DNA from: Azolla caroliniana
Lineage: Eukaryota; Plantae; Polypodiophyta
DNA: 64,000 nt
NCBI GenBank assembly: GCA_043228905.1
Contig: JBHGNT010000004.1
Coordinates: forward strand, 22,258,001 to 22,322,000
Reading direction: 5' to 3'
Below the pieces are notes generated by a model that was given only the letters and a program-made list of their open reading frames with translations, searched no databases and was not told the DNA's origin. The position numbers and the translations under genes were made by a program. Positions 50,887 to 64,000 of the stretch are shown in pieces; position 1 is the first letter of the stretch; the number at the start of each line of letters is the position of its first letter.

Positions 50887-52249
50887 GAAGGATTGGAGGA
50901 GTAGTCCTAATGTACATGTCTTCCAAGGAGGAAATCTTGTTGCAACTCCACACATAAATGAAGAAGAGAGATGTTGGGAGAGGCTATCACCTTAATATAA
51001 CTATCATTTTTAACTCCTTGTTATCTTGGGCAACTAGCCCTCACCTTTCACCATTAGCTTCGTTATTTTTTGTCTTGAATACCTACCACCAAGTCCAATA
51101 CCTTCAATGTTTGTGTGTGTGGCCATGTCTAGCAAGAAGCATTTCCATGAATGATATCCATGACTTTTGTCCAAGTATTGTGAATAAGTATATCCGAGTC
51201 TCTATATGAATAATTATTGATCAATATCCATCACAATCATTTAGTTCCCACTTCAAGATTGTTCTACACCCTCTATACTTTGGCAAGTATATCTTCCTCG
51301 GACCTCTTGAGGCACATGTGCAACGCGTATACACATTTACCCTCTAGATCTCAACAAGTCCCAACCATAAAATTGCTTATTGCTGCTTTACATAAAATTT
51401 CATGTCTTGTGCATATTCAACCACACATGCAAACCAATCTTTGCGTCAAGTTTCTTCCATGTTTTGACCTTTGTTGTATCAGCATAAGCCTTGCTCCTAT
51501 GCACCATCTCATAAGGCCTTCAAAACACGTATATTTGGTTCACTTTGCACGAATCCATAGATGACAATAACAAAAACACAAAAGGGATGAGTAACAAAGT
51601 ATGATAATTGACAAGAGTTTATTCCTCTAGAGGGAACAAATATTTGAGTTTACATATTATATTTGAGGTTCGTTGGATAATGAAATGGTTCCTCGACCCC
51701 CATAACCCAAGTGTTTTCTTTATTTCAACATAAAATGCTACCAAAAGCACTACTCAAGGTCAAGGACATAGTGATGTGAGCCTCATAGACATTAATTTTG
51801 CATTTTAAATTAAAGGGGGGAGGCGAGGGAAAGACAAGGGAAGAGAACAAGAGAGAAAAAACGCCATTTTCTTTTATTGGTCATGCCAACTTCCAAGCAA
51901 TACAAGAAACGATCGACAACTTTGCCGGCTAGTAGACGCCTCGCAAAAGAGTAGTTAATGTGGGGTGGATAATTAAAAGACTTTAGCGTTCTTGTAGATA
52001 GGGTAAGTGGATTGCTTCAAGCGGTTGGTTGAAGTGATCGACCCGAGCGAGTGAAAGTAGCTATTGGCTTCAAATCTAGCTTCTATTCTACGGCAAATGT
52101 GTGCCGGAAGGCCATGAAGGTGATATCCCGATCGATCCTCCATCTTTTTCCCCGGCCATACTTCCTTCCACCTTTGGGGACTCAGAAGGTCATCACAAGA
52201 AACACACCCCCAATAACAAGGGGCCCCTAAAAGGTAGGGCTTTCTCTTT

Positions 52250-52500
52250 ATTTCAGGAAACGCATTCCAAAACAGGGGCTTTCTCTTGGGAAGCGCAATT
52301 CCAAAACAGGGCTTTTCTCTCAGGAAATACATTCCAAAACAGGGGAAGGGTTCCTCTCAGGAAACGCATTCCAAAACAGGGGAAGGGTTTCTCTCAGGAA
52401 ATGCATTACCAAAACAGGGGTTTCTCTCAGGAAACGCATTCCAAAACGGGAAAAAAACAGGGGCTTCCATTTCCCAAAAACGCATGCCAAAACGGGAAAC
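52250..52500. repeat. ~33-38 bp imperfect tandem repeats upstream of ERD15
   Basis: tctcaggaaacgcattccaaaacagggg occurs about 6-7 times. Confidence 0.85.
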
Positions 52501-52652
52501 TCTCTCTCTCTCTGTGTACAACCTCTATATAGAGACAGACAGACAGATTCACCTCCCCCATCATCTTGAAGCAGAAGATCGCCTTTAAGCCCTGAAACAC
52601 AGGTAAAAACAGAGAGATCCATACAGCAATCCCATCATCCTCTTCCATCGCC

Positions 52653-52973
52653 ATGGCTGTCAAGATCCCTCCCACCTCCCACCTCAACCCCCACGCGGCC
52701 CTCTTTGTACCCACTGCCGCCTTCTTGGACGTCGATGACTTCTCCCTTCAGTGGTGGCACCTCGTGCACACCCACCCTGCCTTCCCTGCCTTCTGGCTCC
52801 GCTCACGCTACTGCATTGAAGAGTCCGAATCCGAATCCTCCCTCTCCCTCCAAGACATGGACGAGATCGATGCTGTGGATGATCTCTACGACTTCCATTC
52901 ACACCTGGTGGACATGGAGATGCAGGCTGAGGAATCCGGCCATGATGCCCCCTCTGACTTCGATGATTATTGA
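52653..52973 (+). CDS. ERD15: ERD15/CID-like PAM2-motif protein
   Basis: PAM2 motif HLNPHAALFVP followed by the ERD15-type VDDFSLQWWHLV...FW block and an acidic region. Confidence 0.8.
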   Translation: MAVKIPPTSHLNPHAALFVPTAAFLDVDDFSLQWWHLVHTHPAFPAFWLRSRYCIEESESESSLSLQDMDEIDAVDDLYDFHSHLVDMEMQAEESGHDAPSDFDDY

Positions 52974-55330
52974 TGCATTTGGAATTTAGTATCCCAGTGC
53001 TCTCACCTCTTTCCATTTACATCAAATAATGGAAAGAGAGAATCCTTCCATTCTGCATCAGAAGCAGAAACTCCTTTCCCACTCAAAAGAAGAAAATTGA
53101 ACGGTTCCTTGGATTATGGCAATAATGTGCACCCCGAGTGTCTGAGACTCTGGGGGACGTTGGTAGATCTTGAACTTCCATTTGAATAATATCAGATGCT
53201 GTAGGGTCTTTGATCTAAACAGACTGTTTTAGCTAATGTCAAGCTTATGGTTCAATCCATTTCACGGATATTAACAGGAGCTTCAATGAGATCTTGTACA
53301 AGCAACAAATTTCAGATTGTAAACTGAAAATAAGAAATAAAATTTCTGGAGTACACATTCTTTTGTGCTCAATATGTCATGTTGCCCACTTATTTTTCCC
53401 TTCTCTGTGAAGACTGTGTTGGGCCAGAAAAGAGGCTTAAGTTTAGACACCCCTACTGGCCGTTAATAACTCTGCTGTTGCGTCAATGTAGTATGTCTTA
53501 AGTATAGTCGATTATGTGAAGACTGTTCTACTCTTTAGAGAGGTGGCTTTCTAATCCTGGATTGATCAGTAATCTATTTGTTTAATCTATTTGGAAGAGT
53601 AAACATTTGTACATTATGGCCATGGTTGAATAATCGGTTGTGTCCTGGAGCGTGAATAATTTGATTAATGATGAGCAATCAAGATTTGTATATGTGATTG
53701 CCCAATAATGTATTGCTTTATTCATATATGGATCTATTCACTGCATCTACTCACGTAGTGTACCCTATAATGATTGATCAATTGAATCATATGATGGTGA
53801 TGGAATGCACAATAAGTGGCCAGTTTAAATAGTGGCGACTCCAAGTAGGTTATGGAATCCTCCATTTTCTTCCACATCCTCTTGTTTATCTATTATTTTC
53901 AGCTTTTTATCAGGAGGGGAAAATCAACTTACTGATGTTTACATAAAGATTTAGGCTGTGAACGTTTCCATTGTTTCCTTTTTTTTTTTCAATCCAAAAC
54001 TCAACATTAGAGTTCAAAATCATAAATGGGTTGTATTAAATCTTCTTCATGTATGGAAGGACATGATTTTTTTAAGTAGCAGTAACCGACTGCAGAACAG
54101 CACTGCCCGTGTGTTTTCTTTTTTATCAATAGATATACTCTGACTCAACATACAGGGGTACGTAAATATAGATGTACATACACCGAGAACCTGCTTGAGG
54201 CACGGCCCACAAATGATTCCAATACATACATAAATCACTCTATTGGAAGCAATGTGCTTAGAAGCATAATAATCATGGTAAGATCATCAACATCTAAAAA
54301 AGAACATCAAGAACTATGCAGTTTTTTGTATCTACAACTCAAGTGCAATCCAGACTATGGCAAGCAACATCAAATGGCTAAGTGTTGGTCAATAAAAAAT
54401 ATTTGCCTTAAACATCCATGTGATATAGCAAGACATAGCCAAAATCACTTGGTATAACATTCATGATGTGATATAATCACTTGACATAACTTCAATTCGT
54501 ATTGTAACAACAAAAAACCTCACGAATGTAGCTCTTCTACATGCAAAGCAAAATATCATGACTTGAATTTATGACATGTCTGCATTGAAATTTCACGTGA
54601 CATAGCAAGACGTAGCAAGACTTACATAACCATTTATGGGGTTTTACTTTATGCTGCGATGTAATCATCTATACATGCAGTTGATTCATATGGTAATTTA
54701 TGTTTGGCATGCATCAATGCAACTAACAAGCTGATTTATAATAGGACATACACTGGGTTACTCTTGTGTAGACTATTGCATTTAAACGGAGAGATAAGTA
54801 GCCCAAACATTAAGAAATCTGCAACTTCTTATAGCTTGCCACAAGATCAGTTATTGAGTACACATCACCTCTTTCCTATGACACTTTAACAGGCTAAAGC
54901 AATGAAACGAATTGAAGTCAACAGAAATTCTGTGGGTGATATATATTAAAATTGCCTACCAATAAACAAGCATTATTGAATGTTTATACAATACTAGCAA
55001 CCCAGACTTCTTGATGTGCACTTGCAACATGTGTTTACCTCAGCTCAGAACCTTAGTTCTATACATTTCAAAAGGAAATAAATAGAATTCAAATGTTCTC
55101 TCAATGTGAAAAAAGATGTGGCTTCTAAAGCTCTCGGAGGTGTTACATTTACAAAGACGATGAAAACATTCAGGAGCCTTATTGTGATCCAAAATCAGTT
55201 GATACTAGCTCTATAATCCATAGTAATTTTTCTTAAAAAGGATCTGAGGTGAAGGAAGACGATTAAACAGGTCATATTGAAAAGACCTGAATGTATAAAA
55301 CTACAAAAATATGATCAATAAAAAGTGCCC

Positions 55331-58300
55331 TTAAACATCACCATCTACCACAGTGCCAACTGCATCTTCTATTTTCCCATCATCTTTCTCTAAATTTTGA
55401 GGGTCATCAATAGTAGGACCTGTAAATTGGATAACTTTGCTCAAAGTTCTCGTGTATACTTCACCTTCAAATCCATACTGTTTTTGAAGTTCATCTGCTT
55501 CCTTATCTGCCGCTTCGGCCTCAATGTGCAAGCTTTCTGCTTCTTCAAAGTCCTCCAGCTCTGCAGCTGCATCCCTTTCATCCCTTAGCGCGCATGTAAT
55601 TAGTCTGAGCCTTTCACATCTTGCCATAGCTGCCTCTCTCTCTTTTGCCACCAGCTGCTTATCCAAATCTGCTAATGCTGACATTTGAATATCTATCTCT
55701 TCATCCAGTTTCTGAAGATCGGCAGTAATCCTTCCCAAATCTAAGGTTACTTCTCTTTTACTAGAAAGCAATGCCTTGGCTTCATTGGCTAATCGGCCCG
55801 CTTCCTTGAAGTTACGTGATGCAGCTGCTAGCTTCTTCTCACTCTCAATTTCCGGTACACGCTTTTCCATGGAGAGAATTTTCTGAGTAGCAGAAAGTGC
55901 CTCTTGCTGAACCTTTGCTTTCTCTGAAGTTAAATCCTGAGAAGAGTTCATTATTAAAAAGTAGAATACCACAGATACCGAATAAAAGTTTCTTAAGCTC
56001 TGTTGCCCTTCGAAATTAAGATGCCAATTGTTTAAGCTTTTACCTGGATAGCAGTCCTCAGTGATATTGATTGGTTCTTTAAGCTCTGAACTACTTCAAC
56101 AAGCAGCTTTTCTTCAGAAGCAAGTTTCAGCCTCTTTTCTTTCGAAACCAGGGCTGTCTGAGCAATAGTTTTCCTTACAGATATTGCATCTTGCAGCTTT
56201 TGTGATTCAATCTTCACTGTGCTCGACAAATCAAGAAGCTTCTCCTCTTCTGCTTGTGCCTGAGTCATTTCATTGTCTGCTTTTGTTCTCTGTGCACCTA
56301 GATCCTCCAATTCCCTCTCTAAACTCTCTAATGAAGACAAGAGATTCTGCAGCTCTGTTCCCAGGCCAAGACTTTCTTTTTCAAAGCCTGCAACCCTGCT
56401 GCTGATATTCTCATCAAGATCACCAATCTGTTTGTCATGTGCTGCAATTTCTTCTTCTTTTATCTTTACTGCTTCCAATAGAGCCTCAAGTTCTTCCACA
56501 AGTGCCTGTCGCTTTTTTACAAGACTGCTTTTCTCCTGTAATTCAGTTTCAATTGAGCTATTGATTACATTACCCAATTCTGATTTTGCCTCCTCCACTA
56601 CTCGTATCTCTAGCATTAGCTTTTTCTTCTTCAGCTTTGCTGCCTCTTCTTCTGCTGCCAATTCAATCATTACTTTTCTACCTCTCTCTTCTGCGGTTTC
56701 TTTCATGTGATTTGCTGCATCAAGTGCTTCCTGCAGTAAAGAAAATGAACATAAATACTATTCAGCATGCACTAATGCCTACATATAATGCAACTCCCAA
56801 TAATTAAGAGAACCATAATAGAGATAAAATTAGACAGAGGAACGATGCCATGCAGAATCATAGAAAAAAAACAATGCCCTTCTCCCTCTCAATATTGCCT
56901 ATCAGTGAGAGATTAACAAGAAACATAGTTTAAGACATGTGTACACCAGAACGGTCAACTCCTACTATTTCCTGGAGGAGAAGATTTGAAACAAATGATT
57001 GAGCTTTGTTGCATGCCATGTAATCATTAAGGAATAACTGAGGTTGGTTGCACTGCACGCCATGTTGCTACTCCTAGTTGGCTCACTTTCTGTTACCTCA
57101 TGGACAGATGTACTGATATAGTCCAATCATACACACTCTTGGAGATGGAAGTCAGAATAGCCTCTAAAATATTGAGCTCATAAAGATAACCTCCACGTTT
57201 TTGGAAGTTAAATTCTCTGATATAAAACTCACACAAAATGCATGATCAAAAGTAGCAATCTCAGGCTCTGTGGTTGTGAACAAGCAAAGAATAAGAAAAC
57301 CATGCAACATAATATCTAGACTCTCTTGGAGTAGGTGATTTTCAAAAAGAGATAGCAAAGAGTTCAAAGAATAAATCAGCATGGGTGACACACTAAGGTT
57401 GCACGGTTATAAAGAAATAAAACTGCAGCCATGGGAAAATATGAACCTTTTTTGGAAATTACCAGCATGGCTAACAACATTTTTCACCTTTAGAATTTGT
57501 AGAAGTACAAGTTTCCATAAGATTAACCAAGTTTCTACAGTTAATTGGTTTCGTCTCAACCTATTTCAGGAACATTTTTGTATCTGATCACTAGGTCCTT
57601 CAGAAAATATTAAAGGTGCAGTTAAGAATAGTCAATCAGCACTAAATCATAAGTTATGTTGTAGGCAAAATCAGATAAAAACAGAGTCAAATGTTTGAAA
57701 AACGGCGAGATGAAGTTAGTGTTCGTATAATATTAGGCAGATACATCTAAGAGCTTCTAGGAACGCTCAAAGTTCTTATTTTAGGTTGGTTGATACATGT
57801 ATAATTACTGCATCCTCATTCACCTCATTTTGATGCATTAAGAACGGATCAATTTTGTTCTACATACAAAGTTTTCAGAAAACTAGCATCTGTTGAATTA
57901 ACTCTGTGCATCATTGGATAGTGCATGTCTCCAACTACCCATTCCCTAGTTGTAAGATTTGAATGGCGAAGTTTGATTCAATGAGGTCGATGATCATTTT
58001 TAAAGGCACAATCATGTTTCTGTCGCTTATAATCCATGATCCATCAATTATATTTCACAAATGTCCGGATTTCAATTAAGATCCGTATCATGATAATGAA
58101 TAAGAGGAAGAATTCTATTAAATAAACGCATGCATGCATTATATTCACATGCATACATGGACCTAAGTTTATGCATTTATACACATGATGCCTCAGGTGT
58201 TTCCTGATTCTTCGACCATAAAACGGATAAACCCACACTCGTAAAAAGGAAAGGAAGATTTCTAGTGACTTTGACATGGGCCAGAAACAATATTATGTTC

Positions 58301-59679
58301 TCATAGCAATATTTTAACCAGTTCGTATAAAACATCCATACCCCCCCAGAGAAACAACAGAATATTCAAAAAACACAAAGGCTTTCTAGAGCTCTTACCA
58401 CTGCTAATTGATCCAAAAGCATACAACCTTTTTCCTCATTTGCAACTTGCATCTGCAATACTTCTTGCATCTTTGAAGCATACTTGTCATATTCCATCTC
58501 AGCATCTCTAAACTCTTGCAATGCAGTTTCCCGAGCTTTTTCAGCAATTGCTAAAGCTTCATTTAAGCTCTCAGCATTATCAAAGTCTTCCCTTTCACAG
58601 GCAGCCTCTATTTCCTCTTCAACTTGGTTGAACTTAGCTGAAGTACTAGAGACCTTCTCAGTAGCTTGTCTACGCTTTTGAGCTGCTGCCTTTCTAGCCT
58701 GAGAAACAGTTGCAATCTTCTGCTGTATACACTGTACATTTCTAGCAATAGCAGACTTTATGAATAGAAGTCGTTCCTCAATGCATAACTCTAATGGAAC
58801 AATTATTTTTAATTCTATCTCGTTCTCTTGGGTTGATGCATCATTTACAGAAGTAAATTCAGTATCCCCGTTTTCACTTTCAGTGTGAGCTTTTATTTTG
58901 ACATTGTTTTGCGATGCCGCTGATCTATCAGAAGATACAAATGAGGGTTTTGCATCATTTTCATCATCACTTGAAGCTGTGATTGAGACATCTGCTTTGT
59001 GTACCATTGATCCATCATGAATCTTATTATCTTCTTCTAACTCCGATGTCCCACCGGGACTAGAAACCTCTGTTTGTACATTCTTTGTGGGATCCTCTAC
59101 TGTTACTTCCATCTGTGATACATCTGAGCTAATGATGTTTGCATCAGACACGACACTCAAACCATAATCATGGCCATGGCCATGGCCAACATCTAAATCA
59201 GGCAACTCCTTAGCTATTGGATCTATAGAGAGACTCCCATCGTCATGAAAAGATGAGGTGGAACCCACACTGATCTGTTCATCCAAAGCACTTCCATTGT
59301 TACTCGAAGTCTCATCGTGCAGGCTTGACCTGGTGTCGTGATCTGCGTCATCAGCAATCCGTCCATAGCCGATCCGCATGCCCCTTTTCTTCCTCCGAAT
59401 CCCTGACTTTAAAGGTTCCGAAGATTGCATAATTGGGGAAGAAGATACCGAGGGCGTATCATAGGCAGCCAAGATTGAGTTGATGCTGTGTCCTCGTCGA
59501 TCCTGCTCTGATTTCTTCCATTGTGGCGGCGCACCATGATCATCATCAACGAGGTGCTTCGAGACAGGCTGATGATTTGGGAGATCGTGGGGATGGGATG
59601 GCAGCTGCAGCCCGAGGTCATCAGAAAACGTAACGAAATCCATACCTGCGAACATGTCGTCATCTCCGTCCATCGCCAT
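55331..59679 (-). CDS. ~857-aa coiled-coil protein with three UVR (UvrB/UvrC-like) motifs
   Basis: Exons 59679-58399, 56730-56044 and 55936-55331, all joined by phase-0 GT-AG introns. Motifs AACEREDFDNAESL, AAASRNFKEAGRL and AAELEDFEEAESL. Acidic N-terminus DDDMFAGM and a basic RRKKRGMRIGYGR segment. Confidence 0.88.
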
Positions 59680-59777
59680 GGTTCAGAAAACATAAACAAA
59701 AGAGATGCTTTGAAGCCTTGCTTGATACAGAGGGAGAAAGGAGACTGAGGGAGGAACAGAGTAATATGTATAAGGAA

Positions 59778-59884
59778 TGTATGTTATGTATGTATGTTAT
59801 GTATATTATGTATGTATGTATGTATGTATGTATGTATGTTATATTATGTATGTATGTATGTATGTATGTATGTATGTATGTATG
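59778..59884. repeat. (TATG)n microsatellite upstream of the UVR gene
   Basis: Direct tetranucleotide run. Confidence 0.93.
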
Positions 59885-59994
59885 CGACGTGTCTAAATAC
59901 CTCCAAAACTTGAAGAGGGCAAGTGAGGGAATCGCGGAGAGGGACGGTGCAGGTCGCTCGGCCGAAGGCACGTGCGATCTGCATCGTTTGATGT

Positions 59995-62900
59995 GGGGAA
60001 AAAAAAGGTGCGAAGCAATCGTCGCTTATTGGGGAGCTCGACTAGGAGCCCCGTTGTCTGACAACCTTTGTCACTAGGAGCCCGACTCTGTCAAAAGGAG
60101 CCCCGCTGTCTGACAGCCTCTGCCACTAGGAACCCGACTCTGTCAAAAGGAGCCCCGCTCATTTTTAATGAGCACTGACTATAAAAACCCTGAATCACTC
60201 ATTTTGAACCTATTTTGAAAAGAGAGTTTTAGGGTATTTGGAGGGAAGAATCAGAGAGGAGCACCACTTTCCACCAAAATCCGAGAGGAGCACCACTTTT
60301 CGCCAACGAGCACTTCCCAACCACCTACATTCGATATGCAAAACGAAGGCAATAATAGGTATGTATTTTCATGGTTATTTTTATTTTTTACATCGTTTAG
60401 GGTTTCTTTTCATTTACATTTGATCACATGGTTCCATATTCTAACATGGTGAGAGACTTAGTTGTTCCAATTTTCAAATGTATCATATAAATGCATTGTT
60501 ATAATTTCACCATCAATATGAAGAAATATTGAATTAGAAACAACATTTTTGTATCTTCTTTCAAGTAACCCATTTTCATTGTTTTCCACGAAACGAAACT
60601 AAGCTCAAAGCAACACAAAATATGTTTGCTCAAACATTGATTATCTCCAGTACTTAGTTACAACACAAGGTACGATTATCTTGAACACTTATGTATTCAT
60701 GTTTACATGCGTAGGAATGCAATTATTTCGAGCACACAGATGTGGATACACATCATAGGTTTGTTATTTTCCTATTGGATGACAACAATGATAATATTAC
60801 GTAGTAGAGATTAGTTAAGCATTGTAAGCATAGATATAATCACCATGAGGACATGCCATTATAGCCTATGAATAACATGTATGTATGTGTGCATGCATAT
60901 TCTAAATGTTTGAATTCTTCCACTCTTCATCGGTATCTTATTAAGAGGACTAGGTTCTCAAATATGGTTCTAGACATACAATAGGCTTTATACTCAAAGT
61001 AGGATTTGAAAATTGATATATTTCAAACATTTTAATGTGCAATGTATTTGAATCACCATCAATAACATGTTTGTGTGGTGTCTCTAATTTCATGGGCTTC
61101 TTTTGTATCCCGTTTTCTTCTTGCTTCTCATATGCCATATTCGAAATGCTATTGGAGACACCTTGCATGTTCCACATTTCTCCATTGAATATTTCATATG
61201 TTATTATATATGGAATTGTTTCCTCCCAATTATTTAGCTATATCAATATTTAAAAATTGTTGCATGCATCTGACGATTTCTTAGTGTGCTTGGATTGTGA
61301 AATTTGAACTTGAATGCAATGGACATATTGGTGGTTATTGAAAATGGCATGTGGTTTGTATAGATGGCTAGTCGGTCCAAGACCTTCATAGACTTTGATG
61401 TGGATTGGGGTGAAACAATACCCTATGAAGGGAGGTATGGCCTAAATCATTTCTCAACTATATATTGTGTATAAATAGTGATGTTTGTGTGCTAACTTGA
61501 ATGATGGTTTAGGGTTTTTGTAAGAAAGGGTGCTAGATGCCCCTAATCCAACGATATGGATAGTGAAAACATCATTACTGAAAAGCCTATGAATGACTAG
61601 AACATGGATACAAACCCTATACACGACATGGGGCCATTTGTAGAAAATAGGTACGATGGTTTTGTAAGAAAGCTGAGATGTATGGCATTCGTGTAATACT
61701 GCCTCGGGGGCTGAAGATAGAGGAAGAATAGCAATTGACCTCCATGAAGAGCACATCCACAACATTCTTTAGCAACTACGAAAGACAACGATCGATAAGG
61801 CATCTTTTGGATCCGGAGCTAAAGTACAACAGATCACGCCAATCGTACATGAGGAAGTTGGAGACAAGAGAGATTAAAATCTTCAAAGCCTAATAAACAA
61901 GTTTCAGGTGGCTTGCCGAAGACTAGATCTAGCAATCTTTTTGACTGAGGTAGAACTATGTTCGTTGTGCACTATAGGAGAGATGGCATCCACGTGGACA
62001 ATGACCTCTTCCACTCATGGTTGGAGTACTCGCCACCCCTTGAGATCAACAACTGGTTTCATATTGTTGATCCATTATGGGTACAACTAGCAAAGCAAAG
62101 TGATAAGGTAGAAAACATACTCACTTGGGTTCCTGAACGGGAATATGTCTTCATTCCAATATTGCACTCAGGGCATTGGGTGCTTTGGATGAAGATGTGG
62201 CAGACTCCTACATGTCTCGATGCCAAGAAGGTGAGGAGCCCAATTGTTTTTTGTGATCCGCTGAATAATCATCCAACTGCCAACATGAAGACATTGGGTG
62301 ATTTGGTTGTACGACATATCTCTAGCGCCACGCACGACCATTGCATCATCAGCAACAAACGGTTCCATGTATTGCATATCCCGACCCAACCTAATGGAAC
62401 GGATTGTGGGTATTACGTGATGCAAACGATTCAGATGTTGGTTGAGGAGTTCATTCAAGGATTTGAGTCTAATGATTTTGTAAGTATCCCTTACGATTGA
62501 ATATGAGCATTTGTTTTTGTAAGGGCTTAGGGTTGATGGCATCTTGTGGTGTAGGGTAAGGAGCAATGGTTTGGATTCGAAGACATGGAACTCCTTCGGA
62601 AAATCATGGCAAAATGGGCATGAAGAACTCTGACCTTAGGGTTATTTTAATCATTTGGAGTTGTACTTTGTAACATCAAATATATCGTTGATTTTGATGT
62701 GTAACTATCTAATGCGGTTGCCAGCCTTTTTTGTATATTTTGGAACCAAGGCGGCCAACCTTTTCTATATATTCTTGGCCATATCAATATGGTTAATTTT
62801 GTAATATCAAATCAATATTTGAATCTCATTTTGGTTGTATATGATTCAATGTGGAGTGCCATGACTTGAGGAGTTTGAGATAATGTATTAAGCCTTCTAT

Positions 62901-64000
62901 TTTTGAAGCTTTTAAATTCATACGTATATAAACTGTGTATGCAATGCTTTAGTAAAAGCATGTTTCTTGGTTGGGGGTCTTCTTAGATGAGCTTTTTTAT
63001 CAATTTATGATATTAACGTGGGGGAGCAGATGCTCTCCTAGTGCTGAAATCATTCTCAAGGAGCTGAAATCATGCTCTACTAGTGTTGCATACACCCTAG
63101 TAAGTCAATAATCAAGAAGATAGGCTCCGTGAACACTGAATGAAGGTACACAAAGTAATCTACAATAATGTTATATGGGGAGTTGAAGATTATGTTCGAA
63201 ATCCTCAAAAATCAAGTCACATTAGAAACTTGCTTGAGAGTTATATTCGCAAGGGTGCCCACGGTTTGGCCAAACAATAGACATCTCACAATAACTTATT
63301 GGCAGCTCCCAAAACACTTCCAAATCCCACACTGGAAAACTACAAAGAGGTGCAAGTCGGGCTAGGAGGCAATTGCCAATATGTGACCATGAGAAGGTTT
63401 GGTGTTTGCGTTGCCATGGCTCGGCCTTGACTTAAAGAAACTCGATTGTTACATGTTGTAAAAATTGTGGTTGCATTTTGCCATCATCCGGACATGAGCC
63501 ACAATTGTTATATGTAATGTGTGTATTCATATTTCCTTTTAGGGTTCCAAGGCTTGGCTTATTCCCATTATCAATATTTGACGTTCTAATATTTTATGTA
63601 TGACTTTTTATTTGAATCTTTAGGTTGATTTGTTATTTGAAGCTTGGAGATATAAGTTTGTGGGATTTTTTAGTTTTAAATTTTAGGTTTTGAGAGCAAT
63701 TGGAAGTTTAGGTTTTTTTGAGTAATTTAATGTATCATTTTCATGGCAAATATTTGTTGTACACTTACAATTTTTTGGAGTTTTTGATGTTTGTTTCTAA
63801 GTCGGGCTCCTGCCTTGAGTCGGTCAAGCTCCTAGTGATAGAGGTTGGCAGACACCGGGGCTCCTTTTGACAGAGTTGGGTTCCTGGTGACGGAGGTTGT
63901 CAGGCAACGGGGCTCCTTTTGACAGAGTCGGGCTCCTAGTTACAGAGGTTGTCAGGCAGTAGGGCTTCTTGTGACAGAGTCAGGTTCCTGGTGACAGAGG
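59995..64000. mobile_element. Non-autonomous MULE-like DNA transposon with long TIRs built from ~52-bp repeats; right end lies beyond the window
   Basis: 60041-60160 (aggagccccgctgtctgacagcctctgccactaggaacccgactctgtcaaa) is the reverse complement of the arrays at 63803-64000. The probable left terminus is GGGGAAAAAAAA. No transposase seen. Confidence 0.75.
61958..62623 (+). CDS. Ulp1/C48 SUMO-protease-like catalytic domain carried by the transposon (possibly a pseudogene)
   Basis: YVFIPILHSGHWVL (His), VFCDPL (Asp) and PTQPNGTDCGYYVM (Gln, Cys). A GT-AG intron at 62480-62554 adds GKEQWFGFEDMELLRKIMAKWA*. There is an in-frame TGA just upstream of 61958. Confidence 0.75.

Noticed and set aside
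51973-52714. Overlapping 95-143 aa ORFs upstream of ERD15
   Set aside because: They arise from the ~35-bp tandem repeat and have no protein-like features.
56273-56710. 145-aa plus-strand ORF
   Set aside because: Ser/Phe-rich antisense of the Glu/Lys-rich coiled-coil exon.

Overview
AT-rich, microsatellite- and transposon-rich land-plant genomic DNA; its overall character suggests a fern or other non-angiosperm (inference). Host genes: exon 1 of a ROP/RAC GTPase (-); a 15-exon gene for a ~1066-aa protein with two PTM/DIR17-like Tudor domains plus RCC1-like repeats (-); an 11-exon arogenate/prephenate dehydratase (+); an intronless secreted 10-Cys peptide precursor (+); a short ERD15/PAM2 gene (+); and a 3-exon coiled-coil protein with three UVR motifs (-). 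The centre (22.3-33.9 kb) is a nested TE stack. Three LINE-type units each end in a (GA)n tract. One is interrupted by a young GC-rich Ty3/gypsy element with identical LTRs, a 4-bp TSD and a tRNA-Ala-like PBS, and the long LINE carries a solo LTR. The right end holds a MULE-like element with repeat-built TIRs and a Ulp1 SUMO-protease-like gene. All gene models are read by eye from sequence, without transcript evidence.
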